Shown piece by piece: positions 12,889 through 24,935 of a stretch of 64,000 nucleotides of DNA (its first letter is position 1; each line of letters opens with the position of its first letter). The DNA comes from Eledone cirrhosa (Eukaryota). The stretch covers positions 72,416,001 to 72,480,000 of the forward strand of contig OZ024740.1 in NCBI GenBank assembly GCA_964016885.1, in the 5' to 3' direction. The notes below the pieces were generated by a model. The model was given only the letters and a program-made list of their open reading frames with translations. It ran no database searches and was not told the origin of the DNA. Both the position numbers and the translations under genes were made by a program.

Positions 12889-12989
12889 CGGAATAGCTAA
12901 CAAGTCCAGGCTGTCTTCACTATCCATATAGGATAGTTTAGCTAAAGCGTCTTCCCAGTGAGATATTGCCATGTCTAAATTTTCAAGTC
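12889..12989 (-). CDS. Miga: Mitoguardin coding exon 3
   Basis: tttacag|GA CTT...CCG|gtaaat, 101 nt, phase 1 to 0. (G)LENLDMAISHWEDALAKLSYMDSEDSLDLLAIP resembles MIGA GME..E.A...WE.AL. Confidence 0.92.
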
Positions 12990-13076
12990 CTGTAAAGAAA
13001 AAAAAATGTATGAATCAATGCAGACAAATTATTGAGAACAGAATATAAGCAGGTAGATAGAGTGAAATCAAGTTAG

Positions 13077-13755
13077 ATGGGTAGAGAGGACGGTGGGCGG
13101 AGTGGACGGTGGGCAGAGTGGACGGTGGGTAGAGAGGACGGTGGGCGGAGAGGACGGTGGGCGGAGTGGACGGTGGGCGGAGTGGACGGTGGGCGGAGTG
13201 GACGGTGGGCAGAGTGGACGGTGGGCAGAGTGGACGGTGGGCGGAGTGGACGGTGGGCAGAGTGGACGGTGGGCAGAGTGGACGGTGGGCAGAGTGGACG
13301 GTGGGCAGAGTGGACGGTGGGCAGAGTGGACGGTGGGCAGAGTGGACGGTGGGCAGAGTGGACGGTGGGCAGAGTGGACGGTGGGCAGAGTGGACGGTGG
13401 GCAGAGTGGACGGTGGGCAGAGTGGACGGTGGGCAGAGTGGACGGTGGGCGGAGTGGACGGTGGGCGGAGTGGACGGTGGGCAGAGTGGACGGTGGGCAG
13501 AGTGGACGGTGGGCGGAGTGGACGGTGGGCGGAGTGGACGGTGGGCGGAGTGGACGGTGGGCGGAGTGGACGGTGGGCGGAGTGGACGGTGGGCAGAGTG
13601 GACGGTGGGCAGAGTGGACGGTGGGCGGAGTGGATGGTGGGCGGAGAGGACGGTGGGCAGAGTGGACGGTGGGCGGAGTGGACGGTGGGCAGAGTGGACG
13701 GTGGGCAGAGTGGACGGTGGGCAGAGTGGACGGTGGGCAGAGTGGATGGTGGGTT
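13077..13755. repeat. G-rich 16-bp minisatellite (GGACGGTGGGCRGAGT), about 42 units, in Miga intron 2
   Basis: Direct reading; A/G variant units are interspersed. Confidence 0.97.
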
Positions 13756-14049
13756 GAAGGAAAGGTAGATAGAATAAAACCTAGGTAGGGAGAGACAGGT
13801 AGATAAAGTGAAAGGTATGTAGGCAGATAGAGTGAAAGGTAGGCATATATGTAGATAGAGTGAAACCTAAATAAATAATAGACAGGTAGAGTGAAAGAAT
13901 GAAGAACAAAGTTGACCCCAGTAGAGTTTGAACTCCTGCCACTCTAATACTCCTGTCAATTCAACACCCTGTCTGTAGAACACTGCAATAATCTCTGCCA
14001 GACATTCCTTCTACCATTCCAATACTAACACCAACACCTTGAGTAACCT

Positions 14050-14290
14050 TCCATATAGTCACACATGACTGACCAACTACAACAGTCACTCACACATGAC
14101 TGACTGACTATGACAGCCACACAACTGACCAACTTTAACAGTCGTGCATGACTGGTCAACTACAATATAGTCTCACATGACTGACAACAGTCACCTATGG
14201 CTGACCAACTCCAACAGTCATGCATGACTGACCAACTACAACATATTCACACATGACTGACTGATTGACACACACACACTAAAACATGAC
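14050..14290. repeat. Diverged tandem repeat, about 28-32-bp unit
   Basis: CACATGACTGACCAACTACAACAGTC variants about 8 times. Confidence 0.8.
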
Positions 14291-14388
14291 TAAGACAACA
14301 GTACAGGTGTAAAATTTTAAATGTTTACCTAAATTACTTACCTAGCAGTACAGTTGTAAAGTCTAAAATGTTAACCAACATTACTTAC

Positions 14389-14559
14389 CAAGCTGACAGA
14401 GCTGTGATGGTGTAAAATCTGGAATTTCTACAGCAGAGTGAGTGAGTGTTGAGGTAGACGAAGCCAAACTTGAGTTAGAATGAGACATCGACAGGGTTTT
14501 ATTTCTTACAAAAGATCGAGTCAAGGTGGGGCTTGAGCAACCCTTAGACCAGGCAATAT
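14389..14559 (-). CDS. Miga: Mitoguardin coding exon 2 (Ser/Thr-rich linker)
   Basis: ccacag|AT ATT...CTT G|gtaagt, 171 nt, phase 1/1, in frame with both neighbours. DIAWSKGCSSPTLTRS...SSLASSTST...TPSQLCQLG. Confidence 0.88.
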
Positions 14560-14819
14560 CTGTGGAAATGAAAATATACAAATTTTAAATAACACTCATA
14601 CCTCTTCATTGCCATCATTTAACGTCTACTTTTCCAAACTGACAAGGGTTGGAGAGATAATCATAGACCAAGTCAGTATTTAATTGGAGCTAATGACCTA
14701 AAATAATTTAGGGGCTCACATTTTGCTTGCGTGTGCCCGTGTGTGCATGCGTGTATGTATGTATATATATATATATATATATAATTATATATATATAGTA
14801 ATAATAATAAATGTGAAGA

Positions 14820-14965
14820 CTAAAATCCGAAGAGGGCTCGATAAAGATCATATATATAGAGAAATATATAAAAACTGTAGGGCAAATATTTATTAAAATA
14901 ACAATAAAGTTGGGTGAAAGCAACGATTCTTTGCTTAAACTTTAATCTGTTATTTTAACAAATTA
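14820..14965 (+). mobile_element. Fragment of the same Helitron family as 43683-46950
   Basis: GGGTGAAAGCAACGATTCTTTGCTTAAACTTTAATCTGTTATTT is the reverse complement of 45934-45978; GGCTCGATAA matches 43752. Confidence 0.7.
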
Positions 14966-15269
14966 TATATATATATACATACATACATATAATGTTTGTA
15001 TACATTATATGTATGTATGTATATACATACGTATAAATGCTTTATGTTTCCTGTAATTCAGCAGTTCCACAAATAGAGATTGATCTATTTTATCAATTGA
15101 TTGCGTACCCGACTTGAAAAAAATAAATGAGTACTGGGGGCAATACAATCAAATAAATCCTTTGAAGGTGCTACCTTAGTATGGCCATAGTCTGGTGACT
15201 GAAAAGGTTGTGCATCAGCATGAACACAGTCTAATGACAGACACCAGTAAAAGAGTGAACTAAAATTAC

Positions 15270-15501
15270 CTCCATTTGTACCACTTAAAGTAGCTCTTGA
15301 TCTTGACAGTTTTGGTTGAAGAGACTTCCGATCTAGAGATTTTTTCTTCTTTTCCTTTTTCCGTAAGAGCATTGTGAGCAATCCTATAAGTGCTACTCCA
15401 AGAGACACACCAAATATCGTTATTTTCATATGGGAGTTAAACTTCAAGTGTTTAATGCCAGCTACACGAGCTGCAAGTTGGTTGAAAAGTTCTTGATTCA
15501 T
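15270..15501 (-). CDS. Miga: Mitoguardin coding exon 1 (start codon, N-terminal transmembrane anchor)
   Basis: ATG at 15501 lies 10 nt after an acceptor (caatag|G at 15511); donor GGA G|gtaatt. Hydrophobic ITIFGVSLGVALIGLLTMLL followed by basic RKKEKKKK is typical of an outer-mitochondrial signal anchor. Confidence 0.88.
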
Positions 15502-18500
15502 TTTTCACAGCCTATTGAGAAAACAAAGGAGAAAAAAAAATGGATAAATAATAGATTCTTAACTCTAAAATTAATTCTTTCTAACAGACAAGTGACAGAT
15601 AAGCAGTCATCAGAACTTTAGATAGAATGCTATGCAGTATTCATTTTGGTTCTTTTCAAATCCTGTGATGGTCAACTTTGCCTTTCACCCTTTCGAGGTT
15701 GATATAAAAAGGTACCAGTCAAATACTAGGGTCCGCTCTTCCTTTATTTCTCTTTCTCACTTCCTCTCTCTCTCTCTCTCCTTCACTAGAAGAAATCTGC
15801 TGTGTTCAGACTTGGAGATGGGATGGGCTCCACCAGGTTTAAAAAATGTCGTCCATGAAGTGCCATATGTCACTATGGCGCTCTTAGGACTCCACTATTA
15901 GTTATGGATAAAAGAGAGAACATAGGCACAAGTCTAGCAATTTGAGGAGGGAGCAAAACATTGTATCACCCAAGTATTTGATTAGTACTTTATTTTATCA
16001 ACTCCAAAAGGATGCATGGAACATTTGACCATGGCAGGAGTTGAACTGTGAATGTCAAGAACTGTAACAAATACCAAAAGGCACTGACTGGTGTTCTGGA
16101 ATTCACCACCCTTAATAACAATTAAGATTTCTGATTTAAGCAGAAGGCAACAATTCTGAGAGAGGGGAAAGTCGATTAAATGTACCCCAGTGCATTATTG
16201 GTACTATATTTTATCAACCTCGTAAGGATGAAAAGCAAGGCTAACCGAGTGGGATTTGAACTCAGAATGTAAAGGGACGTAACTATATGCCACAAAGCAT
16301 GTTATCCCTCACTCTATAGATTCTGCCAATCCACCACCCTCTCCCACCCTTAATAGTTTTTGATTTAAGCACAAGGCCAGTAATGTGGGGGGGGGGGAGT
16401 CGATTAAATCGACCCCAGTGCCTTACTGGTACTTTATCGACCCCCATAAGGATGAAAAGCAAAGCTAACCTCAACGGGATTTGAACTCAGCATGTAAAGG
16501 GGCGTAACTATATGCCACAAACTATGCTGTTCATCGCTCTACTTATACTGCCAATCTACCACCCTCTCCCACCTTTAATAATAAATAGTTCTTGATTCAT
16601 TTTTTACAGGTTGTTGGTGAAATGAGAAAAAAATTGATAAATAGATTTTAACACATTTAACAAACATTTAGAAGAGATGCAGTTGTTTGAATTATATCCC
16701 GGTACATGACCAGCACTTATTTTATTGACCTAGTTTATAGGTGGCAAAGTGGCTGAGTCATTAAAAAGTTTAAATCAAATGCTTTGGTAAATCAATTACA
16801 TCAATCACAAGAGCATGATGGGTACTTTATTGACCCAGGAAGATGAAAGGAAAAATTAACCTCAGTAGAATTTGAACTCAGAGAATAAAAACCCAGCAAA
16901 CCATTTGATCCAACATTCTGACAATTCTTCCAATCCCTCACCCTAATAATTTTTAATTTATGAGGAGAGAATTGATTAAATTTACCTAAGGAGTACAAGG
17001 CCAACAATATGGCAGATGGGGGAAAGCCAATTACATTGACTCCAGTATTTAACAGGGTACAATATTTTATTGAGCCCAGAAGTATGAAAGGTAAAGCTAA
17101 CCTCAGCAGAATTTGAACTCAGAACATAAAAAGTTGTAATTAAATACTACAAACCATTTTGTCTGATGTTCTGATACTGCCAATCCACCACACTACTGAT
17201 AATAATCAAAATACCACTATTAATAATAGTAATGATTTTTTTTTTTTTTTTTTTTTTTTTATAATAGTATAATGATAGTAATAATTCAAGTTTAGACTAA
17301 ATAGCATCATGGAGAGCTACAAGTGAAACTTTTAGTAAAATCAGAAATAAATCTAGATAACATTCACAAAATCAAGACTTCTTTGATAGGCTACTCTTAA
17401 ACCAGATGTCTAACACTTAATGGTTTTAGATTTAGACACATAGCCAATGATTTAGATGGGGAAAGTCGATTATATTGATCCCTACTCCAGTACGTCACTG
17501 GTACTTTATATTTATTCAACCTAGAAGCATGAAAGTTGACCTCAGATTTGAACACAGAAGGTAAAGCTATATCTAAAATTTTGCAAAGCAATTTATCTGA
17601 CATTCTAATAATTCTGATAATCCACCACACTATGTCTAAACAATGACTGTATTATCAATTTTTCCCTTTCTGCTAATCTGTTAATATTCCTGTAAGCTTG
17701 TCAGTTTAATAAGTGATATTTAACGGTATTTATCCTAACTCCAGTTATTACTATAGATGACAACTCTGCCTTATATGTGTAACTGGTGTTTATAGATTGT
17801 TTGTTGTGATCAAGCGTATTCACCAAATGTAACGTGATTTTAATTTGATGTGTTGTTAAATGAATTGGTCAGTGGTTCATTGTTGTGTGTGGTAGGAATT
17901 TGTAGCAGTAACCAATGGCTTCATGAGTGAATTTGTAAGTTCATCTTTCCCATATAAAGCGATGTGTTGAATGACCGATAAGCAAGAGCCACTACTTTAA
18001 TAATTCTATTACTGAATAACTTGTTTCGAAATTACTGTGATGATATAGGAAAAACAACAAATAGTTGCAGTAAAACTGTGTGTTTGTGTGGTGGTTTGGC
18101 GTGGATGGTGGTAGTAGTAGTAGTCAAAAGTTGTATGTAACTAACCTTTGCCCACTGGCCTAAAGGTCAAGACACCCAATGGGGTAAGTCTTGACAACTA
18201 CATTGTTCCGCGTCTTTTATGAACTAGAGTGAACTGCCTTGGACAGCTAAGGGCAGACTATTTTATGAAGATAGTATTGTCTTATGACAATAAGGAGATG
18301 ACTTCTAGAAAACCATTCCTCCAGACAATTTGGCGACATGAGTCTCAAAACAAAGAAAATAAATATCTATGAGACCAAAAGGTCAGCGTGTGGTAGCAAT
18401 GACATTTAGCCTACAGGGGAACAAAAGTTCAAATCTCTACATGTGTCCTAGCTCAGGTTGATAGAACCTGGAATTGGCTTCTACCCATGGATAGTAACCT

Positions 18501-20869
18501 CAGTCATTACTACAGATAACAACCCTGCCTTAAAGGATTTCTCGGCTATGCTGCCTTAACTGACTACCGAGAAATGTTATCTATTGTGTATTTTGTAATT
18601 TACGTTGTTAAAATTATTTAATTAGCTGATTAAAATATGTTGAATATAAAGTATTTTTGTAATTCACGTTAATATTATATATTAATTAGCTATTAAAATA
18701 TGTTTCGTATTGCCAATTTTGTAGTGTACGTTGTTGAAATTATTTACAACAAAAAGTGAAAGTGTATTTCGTAATTTGTGAATTTGAAATTAAATTAACA
18801 CTATCATCCATTCACTTTTATTTTCAATGAACACTAACGAAAGATAGACATCATTATACGTCCCTTTATGATCCGAGTTCAAATCCCGCCGAGGTTAACT
18901 TTGCCTTTCATCCTTACGGGGTCGATAAAATAAAGTACCAGTAATACACTGGATAATTGCTGGCCTTGTGCCAAAAGTAGAAACAATTATCGTAATAAGG
19001 GCGGTGGATTGGCACTATCGGTAGAGGGTCGGACGCCATGCTTTGACGCTTAAAGTTACAGCCCTTGCCATTCTGAGTTCAAATCCCGCCGAGGTTAACT
19101 TTGCCTTTCATCCTTACGGGGTCGATAAAATGAAGTACCAGTAATGCACTGGGTTATTGATGGCCTTGTGCCAAAAGTAGAAACAATTATTATCATTATA
19201 GCGATTAATGACAAAATCAATGCAGTGCTTGCCTGTTTTCGATTAAGTCCCTTTACTGTCCAGGTCAAACTACCGCTATGGTCTGCTTTGTTCACGAAGT
19301 AGGTTAACCTGGCTTCCTAAAAAGTTGTATATCATAGGTTTCTCGGGTGTTATAATGATAGGAGCCCCAATCATATCATGTTGTTACAGCTCAGATCTAT
19401 GTAGATTTAGCTAGGGCCAGCTGAGCCTAAAACAAATGTAAGGCAGAGTTGTCATCTCCTGTAAATGATCGTTTCCACTTTAGGCACAAGGCCAGCAATT
19501 ATCCAGTGCATTACTGGTACTTTATTTTATCGACCCCGTAAGGATGAAAGGCAAAGTCAACCTCAGCGGGATTTGAACTCAGATCGTAAAGGGAAGTAAC
19601 TATGCTGGAAAGCATGGCGTCCGACCCTCTACCGATACTGCCAATCCGCCTGTAAATAATGTCTAAAGTTAAGATAAATACTGTTATATACAATACTTTA
19701 TATAAATATTTCACATAAAAAATAAAATCAAAATGATTCAACACTAAGAAATGTGTAGTACCGATGCCTCCCTCTAATACTTTTTGTAGAAAACCAACAC
19801 AGTGGCAGCATTACAGCGGGTGAGAGCGAGGTTTGAGGGCCAAATCTTTAAAAAAAAATTGATGCTGGTGACAATCTTGGTGATAATACTTAATCCTTCA
19901 TAACGCCTCTAGCTGATCATTGAATACCCTTAGCAGAGAATGACTGGAATCAATGAGAGAATAAACAAACTAAAATCAACCCAAAACGTAATCTCCTCAG
20001 AAATGTTAACAACAATAACAGAATTAATGAGGTTTAATTAATATACAGAATTAATAGTTTTGTTTATCGTCAGTATGTTAACTTTAATCGAAGAGGGAAA
20101 TAACCATAGTTAAATAAAGTACTCAATACTTTACTAGAGAATAAGCATATTTATTTTATGAAAAGTTCTACGGGACTAGAACTGTTTCATTCGTATGAAA
20201 TCATCAGGAATCGCTATATATATATTTAATTGGCTACCCATTATTTATTGTATATGAACGTATTTTATTTACGTGTGTGTTCGTATTTATCGTTGTTGTG
20301 GTTATAAACTATGGCCACATACACTTGGTCGCTTTATTCTTGGTGTCACACTTTAACTTTGTGACCGTTCTACTGCGGCTACAACTTCGATGTATATCTA
20401 TTATATATACATGTTTGTGTGTGAATGTAGTAATTTTGGAAATTGTACTTCAAATTGAAAAAGAGAAACTGTTTGATGTAATGGACATCGTACAGATTCA
20501 ATGTCTTCAATTGAAAATATAGAATTTATTAATGCAGGAAATGAGATTCGCAGAAATAAAAGTGTATATAAACAAAATAAGCACATTTCTACAGAGTACT
20601 CTTCGTTTTTTTTTACCTTTCAATTTTCGATTTCCAGATGGGAAATTTCACTTTTACTTAAATGGGACTTCAAAATAGAACTATGCTTATAAATTAATGA
20701 TATTTTCAGTAGTTCGGGAATTTCTTGTTTTTGGAATGTTATAAAGTATTCATGAAGATTGGAAGAGAAAGTCTGAAAGGGTGCGAAAGGATACAGGCAG
20801 GTGGAGATTTTGAAATATACAGAAACCCATTAGAAGTTGGAATCTTAATAATGTCCCAAGGCGGGAATT

Positions 20870-20904
<35 letters not shown>

Positions 20905-20906
<2 letters not shown>

Positions 20907-21091
20907 TGCTGAAAAGTTTCTGGCTTTAAGTTGTATCGCGAAAGAGTAGAGCCGTTACGTTAACAGGGGAGGTAGGACCACTGCATTAAATGAGTGAATC
21001 TGAGAGGGGAAGGTGTTCAATAAAATCATAATTAACTGATCCTCCTGTATTTTCTTTTATCCAAAGCCAGGAACTTTTCAGCACCCCCTCG
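20905..21091. mobile_element. Mariner-derived MITE in (TA)n
   Basis: TIRs G.TGCTGAAAAGTTTCTGGCTTT / AAAGCCAGGAACTTTTCAGCACCCCCTCG|TA. Confidence 0.75.
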
Positions 21092-21140
21092 TATATATAT
21101 ATATATATATATATATAGGAAAAAGTATGACCCCGACGGT

Positions 21141-21290
21141 ATTGTGGTAAGGAAACCATAACGCACCAGAGTACTTAAGGGTAGTAGAGTGGGAAATAGG
21201 AAAAAGTATACTTTTTCCTATTACCCACTCTACTACCCTAAGTATTGAGTACTCTGGTGCGTTATGGTCCATCTGGTTCCTTACCACAAT
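21141..21290. repeat. Zero-spacer imperfect palindrome, about 150 bp
   Basis: Centred on GGAAAAAGTA|TACTTTTTCC (21208/21209); arms pair out to ATTGTGGTAAGGAA/TTCCTTACCACAAT. Confidence 0.9.
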
Positions 21291-22469
21291 TCCTTTGTTA
21301 TATATATATACACGCATACATATACAGAGAGAGAGAGAGATTTCAAGTATGAAAGACGAAGAAATATAGAAAAATGAAAGGATACTTTGATAAGAAAATA
21401 TACTATTGTTTGAAAATATACTATTGTAGTTGATTTAGTTTGTCATTGTATAAAGATAAACTTTAGTTGTCCTCTAATGCAATAAATATGATGGTTTGTT
21501 ATTTTCTTTATAGACAAGCTAGGGTTATTTTAGTAGAAACTGAACTTGTATATAATATATAACTTTCCGATATTACACGAGATAAAAACCAGGATGACAA
21601 AATATAATGAATGAATGACGGGACATCAACCGAATGTTGAAACTAAACAACAGATGAACAGGTTGGAAACGAGTGGTTGTAAAAGGTAGACAACAACATA
21701 TAAGACGGAAGGTCAATTGATGGCAAATATAGAATGTTTTACATACAGGTGCTATAAAAATAATATACGACTTCTAAGAATTTATACACATATGTATATA
21801 AATATATATACAATATCGAAAAGAAATATATATTTACATTAGAAGAGGGTGTGTAAGAAATAATTTATTTGTGTTGTGGCAGCAGAAAGACGTGTATATG
21901 TAAGGTCACTTGATAGAAAAAATGGATTTAGAAATGCACAGGTGCCATAAAAATGATATGCCACTTTTAAATATATATACATATGTGTGTAATATAAAAA
22001 ATAAATGTATATATTTACGTTTGAAAAGGGTGTGTAAGAAACAATATGTTTTCAGTTAGAGGTCGTCTTATGTTGAAGTAGAAATGTTCCGTTTAACTAA
22101 CATAAGATAAAAGTGATTGTGTCGCTTCACTTCACCTCATTTGCGGTCGTTGGTATCCATGTAAGGTGACCATACAGCGGTGGCTGTTGTAAGAAGGTAC
22201 GGGAGAAGCAGAATACGGCATTTTAGATATATATACAGGAGTAAGAAGACAAAACATGATGAGAGAAGATAAATACACAAGTGGGTCGCTCGCAGAGATT
22301 GACAGGAAGTACTCTATACCGGAAATAGATATTTATCACATGTACTTCGTATAACCGGCTTAATCAATGTAAACAATTGGTGCTCACATGGATCAGCTCT
22401 TCATATTCATATTTTTAACACCTAAATATAATCTCTCTTGTTAATCTTGTGATAACTATCAATTTAAAT

Positions 22470-23153
22470 GAGGTAAATTTACAGAAAAGCACCCGTCGGG
22501 GTTCGTTGAAAAAAAAAATTTTTTTTCGTGTGCTTTCAACTAATCTGATCTCCGACATGCTCACAATCGACTTTTTTTCGAAAACGAATTTTGAGAGTGG
22601 GTGGGGGTCAGACTTTTCCAGCCTCGGAGTTCGCTTCGGTAGGACTTTTGGTAAATCTATAGAAAAGCACCAGCTAGGTTTCGTTAAGAATTTTTTTTTT
22701 CTTTCTCATTTGTTTTGTTTTATACTTGCAATCGGCTTTCTTTCGAAAACGGAATGAGGGGAGGGGGCCGAGGGACACTCGGATTTTCTTGGCCTTGGAG
22801 TCTTTTTCGTTGAGAATTTTTTTCCTTTCTAAGTTTTTTTGTTTGTTTTCAACCAATCTGACACCAGACTCATTCGCCTACGGCTCCTTTTTCTGAAAAT
22901 GACAGCGGGGGAACCTCGAAGTTACAGATAAGCACCTCTCAGCCGTTTAAATTTATAGAAAAGCACCCGCTGGGGATCGCTAAGAAATTTCTTTCTTTTT
23001 TTTTTTCTTTGTGTGCGTGTTTTCAACTAATCTGAGCTCTGACATGCTTGAAAACGTTTTCAGAAAAAATTTTCTTAGCGAACCCCAGCGAGTGCTTTTT
23101 CTGAAAACGTTTTCAAGCAGGTCAGAGTTCAGATTGGTTGAAAACACATTCAC
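22470..23153. repeat. Three diverged direct repeats ending in a fold-back
   Basis: AGAAAAGCACCCG..GGG.TCG.TAAGAA...TTTCAACTAATCTGA at about 22481, 22660 and 22957; inverted arms 23011-23068 and 23096-23153. Confidence 0.8.
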
Positions 23154-23914
23154 ATATATACCATAACCCACACACACTAAATCTATTCTGTTGTTTATGA
23201 TACAAATATCGCCAAATCAACTACAGTTTTTGTTGTACATTTTGTTCTATATTTATTAGTGTGAGAAGATGAATTATATCCACAACAACCCGAAACAGTT
23301 CACACCTTGAGTTTCACGCTCGGCTGAATTCGAAAACTCAGTTTAACTCTTTTGATACCAAACTATCTGAAACCGCCCTGGTTTTATGATACAAAACTGA
23401 TCATTTTAAAATGTTTATCCTTATATTAAAATCTTCCATCATAATTATATTTTAGGAATTTATAAGTAACGTTCTAATAAAAAAAACTCAAGTATTTTAT
23501 TTAAATTAATGGTTTCTAATTTTGACACAAGGTCAGCAATTTAAAGGGAATTAGAAAGTAAATTAAATGTACCTCAGAACATTATAGGTATTTTATTTTA
23601 TCGATGCCGTAAGGATGGCAGGCAAAGCTAACCTCAGCAGGATTTGAACTCAAAATTCCTCAAAATTATTAAATACACATAGACAGTGAATTTAATTAGA
23701 AATATGGTAAATGAAAAGGTTAAATAGTTGATTCGCAAACGTCATCTGCATGAAACACAATAGTTTAAAAAATAAATAATTGTTTCTACTTTTGACACAA
23801 GGCCATCAATTACCCAGTACATTACTGGTACTTTATTTTATCGACCCCGTAAGGATGAAAGGCAAAGTTAACTTCGATGGGATTTGAACTCAAACCGTAA
23901 AGGGACGTAACTAT

Positions 23915-24935
23915 GAAATTATTGTGTACAGTGCTCAGATGTACTACAACTCATCAAAGGTGCATGTATAGTACATAGAATAATGTACAAATGTCAGGAA
24001 AGTCAACAGTGTATGAGTCATGATATACACACAGATACATGCGTGTGTGTGTATGGAGGGGTAATATCAGGTGTAGTTGGCTAATTTCGGAAAGTTTTGA
24101 AGGGTGCAGTGTCTCGATAGCTAACAACTGATGCAGGTAGTTTGTTCCATGCTTCAGCAACTCTGAGTGTGAAAAAATGTTTCCGAAAGTCATGGGAATT
24201 GTAGTGTTTTCTGTCCACGGGTGTTAGACATATGGAATTCAAAAGGGTGCTCAGGGTTGTTGGAAAGATGGTTAATAATCTTGTGGGTGTCTACCACGTC
24301 AGTTGCCAGACGTCGGAGATTTAATGTATCGATGTCCAGGGAAGCAAAGCGTTCAGAGTATGGTAGGTGCCTGATAGAAGGTATTCGCTTTGTTTCACGT
24401 CTCTGGACAGTTTCCAGTAGGTCAATATTCTGAGCAAGATAGGGGTTCCAGACTGGTGATGTAAATCATAAGTGTGGATGCACCAAAGCTATATACAATT
24501 TTAAATAGATAGCTGCAGAGCGGCTGACAAAGATCTTACTGAGTGATGCTAAGACACCTTCGGCCTTCTTGACAATTTTAGAGATGTGCTTTGTCCAACG
24601 CAAATCACTTTTAACAATAATTGTTTCTACTTTAGGCACAAGGCCAGCAATTACCCAGTGCATTACTGGTACTTTATTTTATCGACCCCGTAAGGATGAA
24701 AGGCAAAGTCAACCTCGGCGGGATTTGAACTCAGATCGTAAAGGGACGTAACTATGCTGGAAAGCATGGCGTCCGACCCTGCCCAGGTCACATTTACAAT
24801 CTTCAAATTGGCATCTATGTCATTAATATATGCAGATCTATAGCGTACAGGATCTGTCCTTATAAACTCAAGGTACAGCTTGATGTCATCTGCATATTTC
24901 AGTACTGTGGCATTCTTCAAGTTGGCATCAAGGTA
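23915..24935 (-). mobile_element. CR1-like LINE 3' remnant interrupted by a SINE (24615-24780)
   Basis: RT motif KYADDIKLY, then DLRWTKHISKIVKKAEGVL...LKLYIALVHPHL; 3' UTR shared with 311-840. Confidence 0.85.

Noticed and set aside
13077-13788. Three overlapping G/R/W-rich ORFs; superficially CRISPR-like periodicity
   Set aside because: A 16-bp tandem unit open in all frames; no unique spacers, and the context is eukaryotic.
15085-15269. Read-through of Miga exon 1 as a 138-aa ORF
   Set aside because: The sequence after the GT donor at 15269 is SINE-derived intron.
21745-22045. About 190-bp and about 105-bp (38330-38545) two-copy tandem duplications
   Set aside because: Ordinary diverged local duplications with no additional signal.
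24193-24205. Perfect ZNF143-type motif (ACTACAATTCCCA on minus)
   Set aside because: Lies within a CR1 remnant and is not conserved in the sister copy near 435; probably chance.
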